Assembly (NCBI GenBank): GCA_963745235.1
Contig: CAVUXE010000035.1
Span: 32,001 to 96,000, forward strand
Length of the DNA stretch: 64,000 nucleotides
From: an uncultured Spirochaetota bacterium
GTDB taxonomy: Bacteria > Spirochaetota > Spirochaetia > SZUA-6 > Fen-1364
Direction of reading: 5' to 3'
The position numbers and the translations under genes are program-made. Below the pieces are notes generated by a model that was given only the letters and a program-made list of their open reading frames with translations, was not told where the DNA came from and searched no databases. Positions 28,825-37,917 of this stretch are shown here, one piece after another (the stretch's first letter is position 1; every line of letters begins with the position of its first letter).

Positions 28825-29773
28825 TCAGGATACCTCCTTCTCTTCAGTGATGAGGTTGAGGAAGATGTCCTCCAGGGTGAGGTCCATGGTCTTCATCATC
28901 AGGATGGGATATCCGGCTCTTGCCAGCGCGTTGAACAGCGGACGCCTGATGTCCGCTTCCCGCCGGGCCTCCACAACGACATCCACCGTGTCCGGCTCCC
29001 TGCTGCCAATGACATCCGCCTTCACGACGTTGTCCAGCCCGCGCACCAGGCCCAGCACATCTTTCTCCGCCGCAGCGATGCGCAACGTCGAGCCGGTTGT
29101 CACCGACCAGGCCGCGGGAGAGGTTCTCCGGAGTGTCGCTGGCGACGATCCTCCCCTTGTTGATGATCAGCACGCGGGTGCAGACCGCCTGGACCTCCGG
29201 CAGGATGTGGGAGCTCAAGATGATGGTGTGCTCCTTTCCGAGCTCACGGATGAGGTTTCTCGTCTCGATGATCTGCTGCGGATCAAGGCCGATGGTCGGC
29301 TCGTCCAGGATGAGCACCGGCGGGGTGCCGATGAGCGCCTGCGACAACCCGACTCGCTGCTTGTATCCCTTGGAGAGGTTCTTGATCAGCCTTCCCCGCA
29401 TGTCGGTGATCGTGGTGCGCTCCATCGCCTTCTCGATGTTTTCCCTGCGCCGCGCGCGGGGCACTCCCTTGATATCGGCGACAAAGGAGAGGTAGTCACG
29501 GACCGTCATGTCCACGTACAGCGGCGGCTGTTCGGGCATGTAGCCGATGTGCCTTTTCACTTCCTGCGGCTCCTCCAGGATGTCGTGCCCGTCCAGCTTC
29601 ACGGAGCCTTCCGTGGCGGAGAGGTAGCCGGTAATGATGTTCATGGTTGTCGATTTCCCGGCGCCGTTGGGTCCCAGGAAACCCAGGATTTCGCCCTTGT
29701 TGACAAGGAAGTCGAGGTGGTCAACCGCAATTCGCTGCCCGTACTTCTTTGTCACGCTCTCGACCTGTATCAA
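28825..29773 (-). CDS. GldA-like ABC ATP-binding protein (frameshift at ~29095)
   Basis: GFLGPNGAGKST, LSKGYKQRVG, LILDEPTIGLDP; the C-terminus LTLEDIFLNL lies in another frame. Confidence 0.88.
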
Positions 29774-29861
29774 GGCATTCTCCTTTCTTCCCTCACATGC
29801 AGGCGTCCCGCGCGAAATTGAATTTCTCAGTGGTGTCCTATTCATTATACCAAAATGAAAA

Positions 29862-30563
29862 TCATGTGAATATCGACGACGCGAGCGGCAGGATCTCCGC
29901 GAGGTCCCTGATCACCAGCGAGGGCGGGTCCCCGGGGCCGGGCCACGGCTGCCCCTTCGGCGCATACCAGCACGCGTCAATGCCCGCCGCCCGAGCTCCC
30001 TCGATATCGGAGGCCGGATTGTCGCCGATGCAGAGAAGCTCATCCGCCGGAAGGGAGATGGCCTCCCGCGCGGCTTGAAAGAAGCGGGGGTCGGGCTTTG
30101 CGAGGCCGAGCTCCTCTGAAATGATCACTGCCCGGAAGCAGCCCGCCACGCCGGATTTCTCCAGGCGTCCGCGCTGCACCATCCCGATCCCGTTTGTGAC
30201 CAGCGCCAGGGGAAAGCTCCGGGACAGCTCTTCGACAACTTCCTTCGCATGCGGGAGAAAGTACGCCCTGGCCGAAAGCTCCTGGAGGTATCGTGAAGAA
30301 ATGGCCTGCGGGTCCCCGGCGCGGCCCAGAGATTGCAGGAGCGCGCGGAACCGGCCCGGCTTCAGCTCGGCAAGCGAGGTGGTTCCCTGCTCGAACCTTC
30401 TCCAGAAGCCGGCGTTGATTTCGCGGTAGGCGGCGAGTGCCGTCCGCAGAGGAACCTCCGGCAGCGCGGCGCTGAGAGTCGCCGTGAGCGCCTCTATCTC
30501 CGCGCTGTCGTAGTCGAAAAGAGTGTTGTCGGCGTCAAAGAGAAAGCCGCGGTACCTCTTCAT
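29862..30563 (-). CDS. YjjG-family HAD nucleotidase
   Basis: LFDADNTLFD, LVTNG, ISEELGLAKPDP, IGDNPASDI. Confidence 0.88.
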   Translation of the reverse strand: MKRYRGFLFDADNTLFDYDSAEIEALTATLSAALPEVPLRTALAAYREINAGFWRRFEQGTTSLAELKPGRFRALLQSLGRAGDPQAISSRYLQELSARAYFLPHAKEVVEELSRSFPLALVTNGIGMVQRGRLEKSGVAGCFRAVIISEELGLAKPDPRFFQAAREAISLPADELLCIGDNPASDIEGARAAGIDACWYAPKGQPWPGPGDPPSLVIRDLAEILPLASSIFT

Positions 30564-30643
30564 CTGTTCCCGAGCACCGAATATGGGCGAAAAGCGACAT
30601 GTCGGGCAAGTGGGGGCCGGGGATCACGGGGATCAACCGGACC

Positions 30644-30671
30644 TTGACTTTTTCGCTCCTTTGGGTAAATT
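30644..30671 (+). promoter_or_regulatory. Putative promoter of the small zinc-ribbon gene
   Basis: TTGACT-16 nt-TAAATT. Confidence 0.5.
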
Positions 30672-30737
30672 TGCTTCCAAACTCAAGCCGTCTGCTTTGA
30701 GGCTCATTTTGACTTCCAAGGAAAGGAGGAAAAAGAT

Positions 30738-30914
30738 ATGGCCGAGGTTATCAGCAAGAACGCGAGGGTCGGGGTCGTCACGCAGAAGTTCTTCTGCAAT
30801 TGTGGTGGCGAGGTGAAAATGAAGCTCGTCTTCAACAATGGAAAGCTGCGAAACGTGGCTCAGTGCGAAAAGTGCCAGCGACAGGAGCGCAAGCCCAGCG
30901 ACTTCAAGGCGTAG
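30738..30914 (+). CDS. 58-aa zinc-ribbon-like small protein (absent from ORF track)
   Basis: MAEVISKNARVGVVTQKFFCNCGGEVKMKLVFNNGKLRNVAQCEKCQRQERKPSDFKA; strong RBS AAAGGAGG; own promoter and terminator. Confidence 0.8.
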   Translation: MAEVISKNARVGVVTQKFFCNCGGEVKMKLVFNNGKLRNVAQCEKCQRQERKPSDFKA

Positions 30915-30984
30915 ACGTGGATGTCGAGGTTGGCCGAGCACGGGAATGTGCGGCAGGCCGACCAAGCGCGGTTTGTGACCCGCG

Positions 30985-31011
30985 ACCCATCCCCTGGATG
31001 GGTTTTCTTTT
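30985..31011 (+). terminator. Intrinsic terminator
   Basis: Stem ACCCATCC-cct-GGATGGGT followed by TTTCTTTT. Confidence 0.75.
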
Positions 31012-31062
31012 GCCCGAAGGGGTCCCCGCCGTATAGCTTGTGGCGCGTCTCTCACCCGGGGG

Positions 31063-31809
31063 CTACTCCCCGGGCGCCTCCCGCCATTGGCGTACTTTGT
31101 CCGTGATCTCCCGCTGGATCCTGGCAAGAAGGTCAAGGATCTCTTTCTTTCCTCTCGGCGGGGGATACAGCGTGAGGGGCTGCGCCCGGTAACGGGTCAC
31201 GGGAAGGCTGGTCACCAGCCTTGTCAGGTTGGAGATACGGTAGCCTCCGTCCAACGCTACTGAGAGAACAGGCAGCGGCGCGCGCTCCAGGATCACGCGA
31301 AACGCGCCGCTTTGAAAATCATGCACATCACCCGTCCGCGACCTGCTGCCTTCCGGGAAGATCGTCGGACAGACGCCTTCGGCGCTCAGCTCAGCGAGAC
31401 GGACCAGTGTCGCCCGGCCGGCCCGGTAGTCGCTCGTTCGAGAGATCACGGCGTGCCGGCCAAACCGCAGCGACAGGGATACGTAGGGAACCAGGCGGCC
31501 GAGCTCGCGCTTGGCCACATAGCGAATGTGATGCCGGGGGAACATCGGGGGGATGGCGGCGATGTCGGCAAGGCTCTGGTGATTCGACACCACGAGGAAT
31601 ACGGGCGGAAGAGGGCCGTCGTATCGTCGAAAGTCCCTGCGCAGACCGGCAAAGCTGGCGAGCAGGAAGAGCTTTCTCCCGATGCTGACCTGCTGGTCGG
31701 TGACCCGCTGCATGACGTCACCCGGCCGGAAGATCGCGATGAACCTGAGGATGACGGCTCCGCGGATCAGCAGGCCGAGCCCGCCGAAAACAAGGATCAG
31801 GAACCTCAC
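31063..31809 (-). CDS. PlsC-family acyltransferase
   Basis: NHQSLAD (HX4D), YVAKREL, IFPEGSRS; GTG start overlaps the upstream stop. Confidence 0.85.
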   Translation of the reverse strand: MRFLILVFGGLGLLIRGAVILRFIAIFRPGDVMQRVTDQQVSIGRKLFLLASFAGLRRDFRRYDGPLPPVFLVVSNHQSLADIAAIPPMFPRHHIRYVAKRELGRLVPYVSLSLRFGRHAVISRTSDYRAGRATLVRLAELSAEGVCPTIFPEGSRSRTGDVHDFQSGAFRVILERAPLPVLSVALDGGYRISNLTRLVTSLPVTRYRAQPLTLYPPPRGKKEILDLLARIQREITDKVRQWREAPGE

Positions 31810-32700
31810 GCTGTGGTTCCCTGGTACCCGCCAATGACCTTTCCCATCTCCCTGATGAAAGACGGGCTTGTCCCGCAGCACCCCCCGATCATGGCAACAC
31901 CGCTTGCAAGGAGGGCCGGCACGAAGGAGGCGTACTGATCCGGGGTGAGCGGATACGTGACCTTGCCTCCCACGATCTGAGGGATGCCCGCGTTCGCTTT
32001 GACCCAGAGGGGGAGCGTCGTGAGCGCGCGCAGGACAGGGGCAAGAGGAACGTAATCCTCTATGCCCGGACCCGCAGTTGGCCCCCACGATTGCGGCGCC
32101 CGCCTCCTCCGCCTTCTTCACGCAGACCTCCGGAGGGTTCCCCATCATGGTGCGGTAGCCGTGGGGCGTGCGGTTGTACGTCACACTCGCCACAACGGGA
32201 AGTCCCGTTGCCCGCACCGCGGCTGTCACGGCAATAGCCATCTCCTCCGCGTCTGTCATTGACTCCACGACAATCAGGTCCACGCCGCCATCCGCGAGGG
32301 CCTCAGCCTGTTCGGAGAACACCTCGTGGAGGTCCTCCGCGGACACCTCTCCCAGGGGAAGAAAACGCGCCGTCGGACCGATGTCCCCTGCTACGAACGC
32401 GTTTCGAGCCACGACCTCGCGGGCCAAAGCGGCGGCCCGACCGTTGATCTCCCTGACCCGGGCGGACAGGCCATGCGGTTCCAGGCGGAGCTTGTTGGCC
32501 CCGAATGTGTTGGTCAGGATGATCCGGGCACCGGCAGCCAGGTAGTCGCGCGTGATTTCCTGGACCATCTCGGGATGCGTCAGGTTCCACTCGTCAGGAG
32601 GGCACCCCGGCATGAGGCCCCGCTGGAAAAACTCGGTGCCCCAAGCGCCGTCGCAAAGGAGAATCCCCTCGGTCCGCAGCGCATCGTCGAACATGCTCAT
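31806..32700 (-). CDS. Homocysteine S-methyltransferase family protein (frameshift at ~32065)
   Basis: LLCDGAWGT, ILTNTFGAN, GDIGPT, VGANCG; the shifted frame gives KANAGIP and IGGCCGT. Confidence 0.88.
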
Positions 32701-32769
32701 TCTCCCGGTGATAGTACAGCGCCGCCGCGCTTGTGAAAAGCAGGGCTTTTCGCTACCCTGACGGGACCC

Positions 32770-33973
32770 ATGCAGGCTTTCCTGATCTTCTATGCCGCAT
32801 ACAGCGCCGTCATCCTGGCTCTTCATCTTGCGCTCGCTGCGGGGATTCTCCGCACCATGATCCTCGATGCGCGTCGGACAGCGCGCACAGCCGGCCCTTC
32901 GCAGCGGCTGCGCGCGGAAGTGATCGTCGCACTTCGTAACGAGGAGGAGACCCTGCCTGCCCTCCTGGCGTCACTGCGCGCGCAGACCTGCCGAGATGTG
33001 ATGTTTCTTTTCGTCGACGACCGCTCCACGGACGCGACAGGGAGGCTCCTTGACGGGTTTTGCGCCGCGCAGGGTGACGCGGCCCGCGTGATTCACAACA
33101 CGCGCGAACCCCAGGGCCTCACGGGCAAGCAGGCCGCCCTGGATCTTGCCTTCGCGGCATGCCCGGGGTGACGTGCTGCTTTTCACGGACGGAGACTGTA
33201 CGGTGCCTCCGGGCTGGGCGGAGGAAATGCTTGGCCGCTTTCAGAATCCGTCGGTCGGCGTTGCTATCGGCCGGATCGAGCTGAAAGCGGACGGGAGCTT
33301 CCTCCAGAGATTCCAGGCCTTCGAGCAGCCCCTCTTGAACCAGTACAATCTCGGCTCAGCCGGCCTTGGCCTGGCAACCGGATGCTTCGGAAACAACATG
33401 GCCGTTCGGGCGGAAGCGGTGAAGGAGATCGGCGGGTTCTGGAAGCTGGGGTATTCCGTCACGGAAGACGCAATGCTGCTTGATGCCGTCTGCCGCAAAG
33501 CCGGCTGGAAACCGCGGGCATGCGTCACGTCCGGGAGCACCGCCAGGACCATCGCCAAGCCATCCTGGGCAGGCTTCGTGAACCAGCACACCCGGTGGAA
33601 CGCCGGAGGGCTCTTCTCCGAAGACCTGGTGACGCGGGCATCGTATATTTTCGTCGTTCTGATCTACCTGACCTCGAACGTGCTCCTCCTTCCCCTGGGA
33701 TTTCTGGACTGGCGCGCGTCGCTTCTCTGCGCGACATCGTTCGTGAGCACCGGCGTTCTTGCCGCGATAGCCGGCTTCTACCAGAGGGGGGACCGTCTGC
33801 GCTATTTCGCGACCTTCCTGCCGTTCGTCGTGGTCTTCGGTTTCTTCTATGTCTTTGTCACACTGAGGGCATTCGCACTGCGGCCCTTCGAATGGAAGGG
33901 GAGAGTGCTCAGCCCGCGCTCCGGCGTCACGCGAACTCCCGCTGGACAAGGGCCAGGAACTCCCGGGGAGTGA
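32770..33973 (+). CDS. Family 2 glycosyltransferase, membrane-bound (frameshift at ~33165)
   Basis: ALRNEE, VDDRSTD, GKQAAL; after the shift FTDGDC, TEDA and the QXXRW motif NQHTRW. Confidence 0.85.
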
Positions 33974-34694
33974 CGGTCGGCACGCGAAGCGGCTCCTGGA
34001 GCCATTCCTCCTTGACGTAACCCCAGGTTGCCAGGAGAGCCCTGACCGGCGGCGGGCTCCGGCGCGCGGCATCGGGAATTGCAGCCTCTTCGCACAGGAG
34101 GTGATCTATCTGGTCGTCCACGAACGTCGCCCGGGAGAACCCGCCATCCTCGCTTACCTTTGCCACGATGTCGAGCTTCCTCTCCGAGCCGCTGTACAGG
34201 ATCCTGTCGCGCGGCAGAGGAATGGCCTTGGCGGTGAGGATTTCCGCAATGAACTCAGGCTTCTTCGTGGAAAGGATGAAGACCGGCGCGTCGCGGGAAA
34301 GCAGCGAAAAAGAGGCGGCCACGTGCGGGTAGATCCTGTTCAGGCCCAGCCATGATTCCCGGTCGCTTTCCAGCATTTCCGCTCGCGCCTTGTAGAAGAG
34401 CTCGTGGAAGAGCATCATCTTCTCATCCCCGGCGGCCCGCGCAATTGCGTCGAACTCGGACTGGCGGAATGCGCTTTGCCCCTTGTCCAGCATCTCCTGG
34501 ATGAGCATGAAATCCGCGCCCCCCCTGACCAGCGGCCGCAGCCGCGCGAAGTCTTTTCTCAGCGTCACCGGCAGGTATGCGGGACGTTGTCCCCGGTAGA
34601 GGTTGAAATACGCGGTCCACGAGGTCACGAAGCACTCGTCGATGGAATCGCAGATAACGCCGTCGAAATCCAGGACGAGAGCGCCGGAGCTCAT
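33927..34694 (-). CDS. HAD-superfamily hydrolase
   Basis: LDFDGVICDS, ILSTK, FVDD, LATWGY. Confidence 0.8.
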   Translation of the reverse strand: MSSGALVLDFDGVICDSIDECFVTSWTAYFNLYRGQRPAYLPVTLRKDFARLRPLVRGGADFMLIQEMLDKGQSAFRQSEFDAIARAAGDEKMMLFHELFYKARAEMLESDRESWLGLNRIYPHVAASFSLLSRDAPVFILSTKKPEFIAEILTAKAIPLPRDRILYSGSERKLDIVAKVSEDGGFSRATFVDDQIDHLLCEEAAIPDAARRSPPPVRALLATWGYVKEEWLQEPLRVPTVTPREFLALVQREFA

Positions 34695-35965
34695 GCCTTC
34701 GACGCCGCCCTGTCCTTCGTGAGCCTGTGGAGTATCTCCCCCGCGTGATCCACGAAGAGCACTCCCTCATCCTCCCTGCCCTGGTAGTCCTCCACGCGAA
34801 GAGCGGCCGGATCCCGGTAACCGAGGTTGATCTTCCTGCACGTTGCCTCCGGGATCCCCGTCGCAAGCACCACTTCGATGCGGGGCTTTTCCACCCCGTC
34901 AACCACTGTTCCGATTCCTCGCACGTGCGTGGAGTGAGCAAGCACGCCGCGGGGGATGTCGCGAAACTTCTCCATGCGCCCCAGGAACCAGTCCCGGACG
35001 TGGTAGCCGGTCCGCTCGAGGTAGCGGCCCCATGTTCGCGAGATTTCGCGGACATGGGGTGCCAGGATGACGAGCGAACCGCCCTCCGCGACCACCGGCT
35101 CCAGCTTGTACATCACCTTGCCCGCGGTCCACAGCTCATCGTACATCTCGGGCGCCCGCCCAAGCACCGTGCGGAATGGCGTGTCCTTGTAGACGATGTG
35201 AATCTGCGCGGACACGTCCGCCGCCAGGGACCAGGCTTCCTCCGGAGTGCCGGCAAACAGGCCCGCGAGGGCGCTGTCAGGCCGAACCACCATTGCCAGA
35301 CACGCGCGGGGCGTGGGGATCAGGGTAGCCGCCATGTCCACCAGTGCACGCACGGGTGTGGACTTGCAGCCGATGACCTCGGGGCAGGTCACAACGGCGC
35401 CAAGCCAGTGGAAGAAATGGAGGAAGTCTCCGCCTGAAATTCCGGGAAAGAGATACTTGTTCCCTCCCGAGAACCCCACCACTTCATGCGGGAAGACCGG
35501 GCCGAGAATCAGGATGAGGTCATATTCGAAGACTGCCGAGTTGATGACCACATCCACGCTTTCGTGAAAAAGCCCGCCGGACAGGGAGTCGATCTCTTCC
35601 GCGGAGATGGTCCCGAGCTTTCGCAACGTGGTCGGGAGGTCCCAGCGATGGTTGAAAAAACGGTTGTCGGGGAATATCTCTTCCCGCCGGCCGGCGGGAA
35701 TCCCGAACAGCGCGTCAATCCTCTCCTCGCTCAGGACGGTGTGCGTCCCCAGGGCCACCATGAAGTCAAGCTTCGATGCCCGCGCGCCGACCACGTCCCT
35801 GACGACTCTCGCCATCAGGGGAAGAGGGCACGTGCGAGTCGGGTCCGGGGTGAGCACCAGGACGCGGCGTCCCTGGACCAGTGAGGAAGGGATCCCCCTC
35901 TCCACGATCTCGCTGATCTCCTGCTCCGTGAGTCTTGCGTCGTTGCCGCCGCGTCCCGTCGCCAT
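34691..35965 (-). CDS. LarA (lactate racemase) superfamily protein
   Basis: PDPTRT, VALGTH, FNHRW, PHEVVGFSGGNKYLFPGI, DELWTAGK. Confidence 0.8.
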   Translation of the reverse strand: MATGRGGNDARLTEQEISEIVERGIPSSLVQGRRVLVLTPDPTRTCPLPLMARVVRDVVGARASKLDFMVALGTHTVLSEERIDALFGIPAGRREEIFPDNRFFNHRWDLPTTLRKLGTISAEEIDSLSGGLFHESVDVVINSAVFEYDLILILGPVFPHEVVGFSGGNKYLFPGISGGDFLHFFHWLGAVVTCPEVIGCKSTPVRALVDMAATLIPTPRACLAMVVRPDSALAGLFAGTPEEAWSLAADVSAQIHIVYKDTPFRTVLGRAPEMYDELWTAGKVMYKLEPVVAEGGSLVILAPHVREISRTWGRYLERTGYHVRDWFLGRMEKFRDIPRGVLAHSTHVRGIGTVVDGVEKPRIEVVLATGIPEATCRKINLGYRDPAALRVEDYQGREDEGVLFVDHAGEILHRLTKDRAASKA

Positions 35966-36043
35966 GCGCAGTCCCCTTCCTCTCTAGGATAATCGAAAAA
36001 CTCTTCCTGTACCATCTTCCGAGGTTCGGCTATAGTCCTGCCC

Positions 36044-37420
36044 GTGGAAAGATTCATCTACGGGGATTTTCTCGCGCATTTCGATTCCCAGGGAAGGTTT
36101 TCCTGCCCGTGCGGTGCCGTGCACACGGTCTCTATCCGCAACGTCGTGGTGGAGGCGGGCGCCCTGGACCGCGGAGCCTCTCTGCTTGCCCGCGAGTACG
36201 GCGCGGGCGCCACCGTCTGGGTGCTGAGCGATGAGAACACCGAGCGCGCCGCGGGGGCGGACTGGAAGAACCGGCTTTCGACATTCCGCATCGTGTCCCG
36301 CGTCCTGCCCGCCAGTCCGCGGCCCGTTCCCAGCGCGGAGCTCGTGGATGAGCTGGCGGCGGAGGTCAGGGCCGCGTCGCCCACTCTCCTCGTTTCCGTG
36401 GGAAGCGGCGTGATCAGTGACCTCGTGAAGAAGGTCTCGCTGGACACGGGAGTTGCGAACTGGTGCGTGGCCACTGCGGCCTCCGTGGATGCGTTTTCTT
36501 CCGCGACCTCAGCCATCCACGTGGGCGGCTTCCACAATGCCGTTCCCGCAGCCGTGTCGCAGACCATCATCTGCGACCTCCAGGTGATCGAGAAGGCCCC
36601 CGACATCATGATTCTCGCCGGGCTCGGGGACCTCCTTGCCAAGTTCATCGCCTTTCTGGACTGGAACGTGTCCCGGATCATGACGGGGGAGTATTACTGC
36701 CAGGTAGTCTCGACTGCGGCCCTCGAGTCTGCCCGCCTTGCCCTGTCCTCGGCGCGGCATTTGAAGGACGACCCGCGGGCAGCTGCGCGCGCCATGACGG
36801 ACGCGGTGCTTACCTCCGGTTTCGCGATGCAGGCAATCCGCGGCTCTCGACCCGCCGCATCCGCGGAGCACACCGTGGCCCACTTCTGGGAGATCGCGGA
36901 CGCGGTGCCGGTGGAAGAGCTGGACCTGCACGGAATTCTCGTGGGCGCCGCAAGCAGGATGGTCCTCCAGGGCTACACCGCCTTCTACCAGTCCATCAGG
37001 GATACCGTGCCGCGGACAGAGGGAAGGCTGCGGCGCTACGATGCCGAGCCGTCCTGGGAGCAGAGCATGGAGCCGGGGCTCAGGCCCTATGCACAGAAGG
37101 TGCATACGGAGATGGCTTCCCGGAAGTTCGACCGTGGGGTCCTGTCGGAAAGGTTGGAGAGGTTCACGGCGTCTCGACAGGCCATCCTGGAGGTTGCGCT
37201 TCCCGTCCTGGAGGAGCTCACCGCCGCCGTTGATCTGCTTGCCGGCATGAGCTATCCGTTCTCCCGCCGGGAGCTCGGCATCAACGATGAGCTGTGCCTC
37301 CTGCCGTGCCGCAGCGTGCGCCTGCTGCGCTCACGATATTCCAGCTTTGACCTGGCCTACGAGCTGGGCCTGGAGAGCACGATCTATGATGAGATCGAAC
37401 GATACGTCAGGGGTCGGTGA
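36044..37420 (+). CDS. sn-glycerol-1-phosphate dehydrogenase (AraM/EgsA-like)
   Basis: CPCGAVH, VGSGVISDLVK, ATAASVDAF, AGLGDLLAK, SRPAASAEH..AHFWE, LHG. Confidence 0.8.
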   Translation: MERFIYGDFLAHFDSQGRFSCPCGAVHTVSIRNVVVEAGALDRGASLLAREYGAGATVWVLSDENTERAAGADWKNRLSTFRIVSRVLPASPRPVPSAELVDELAAEVRAASPTLLVSVGSGVISDLVKKVSLDTGVANWCVATAASVDAFSSATSAIHVGGFHNAVPAAVSQTIICDLQVIEKAPDIMILAGLGDLLAKFIAFLDWNVSRIMTGEYYCQVVSTAALESARLALSSARHLKDDPRAAARAMTDAVLTSGFAMQAIRGSRPAASAEHTVAHFWEIADAVPVEELDLHGILVGAASRMVLQGYTAFYQSIRDTVPRTEGRLRRYDAEPSWEQSMEPGLRPYAQKVHTEMASRKFDRGVLSERLERFTASRQAILEVALPVLEELTAAVDLLAGMSYPFSRRELGINDELCLLPCRSVRLLRSRYSSFDLAYELGLESTIYDEIERYVRGR

Positions 37421-37876
37421 TCAGATGCAGAAGTCCTGGCCGGACCCGAGCTTCGCGAAGTACTTCTTGCCGTTCTTTTCCGTGATGTCTTTCAGGGTCA
37501 CGCTGTTCAGATAGTCTTCCATGGTCTTCTGCAGCCCGGTCCAGATCTCATGAGCCGGGCATGGCTCAGGACGATCGCACAAGGTCTTCCGTCTCAGAGT
37601 GCAAGGCGTCAGGCCATGGGTTTCCCCGACTGCCGCAAGGATGTTGGCAACAGATATCTCGCCGGGCTTCTTGTTGAGGACGAAACCGCCGCCGGGGCCC
37701 CGTATTGAGCGTATCAAGCCCGCCTTCTTCAACTTGAAGAAAATCTGCTCCAGGAACTCGGAAGAGACCTTTTCTTCCGTTGCGATGGAGTTGATCGAAA
37801 TCGGGCGGTTGTGATGTGCCATTGCAAGGTTGATCACGGCCCGCAGGCCGTAGCGCCCTTTTGTCGTGATTCTCAT
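37421..37876 (-). CDS. Rrf2 family regulator (IscR-like)
   Basis: MRITTKGRYGLRA, FLEQIFFKLKKAGLIRSIRGPGGGF, and three Cys plus His (PC...LC....CPAH). Confidence 0.9.
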   Translation of the reverse strand: MRITTKGRYGLRAVINLAMAHHNRPISINSIATEEKVSSEFLEQIFFKLKKAGLIRSIRGPGGGFVLNKKPGEISVANILAAVGETHGLTPCTLRRKTLCDRPEPCPAHEIWTGLQKTMEDYLNSVTLKDITEKNGKKYFAKLGSGQDFCI

Positions 37877-37917
37877 CTCTATTTTGACCTTATCATAGAT
37901 ATATTATTGTTATTGTA

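Noticed and set aside
30633-31136. 167-aa minus-strand ORF and 78-aa plus-strand ORF
   Set aside because: The 58-aa ORF at 30738-30914 has the RBS, promoter and terminator support.
31063-32826. Apparent 587-aa homocysteine methyltransferase-PlsC fusion
   Set aside because: A frameshift near 32065 hides the true GGCCGT-containing C-terminus, which stops at 31806.
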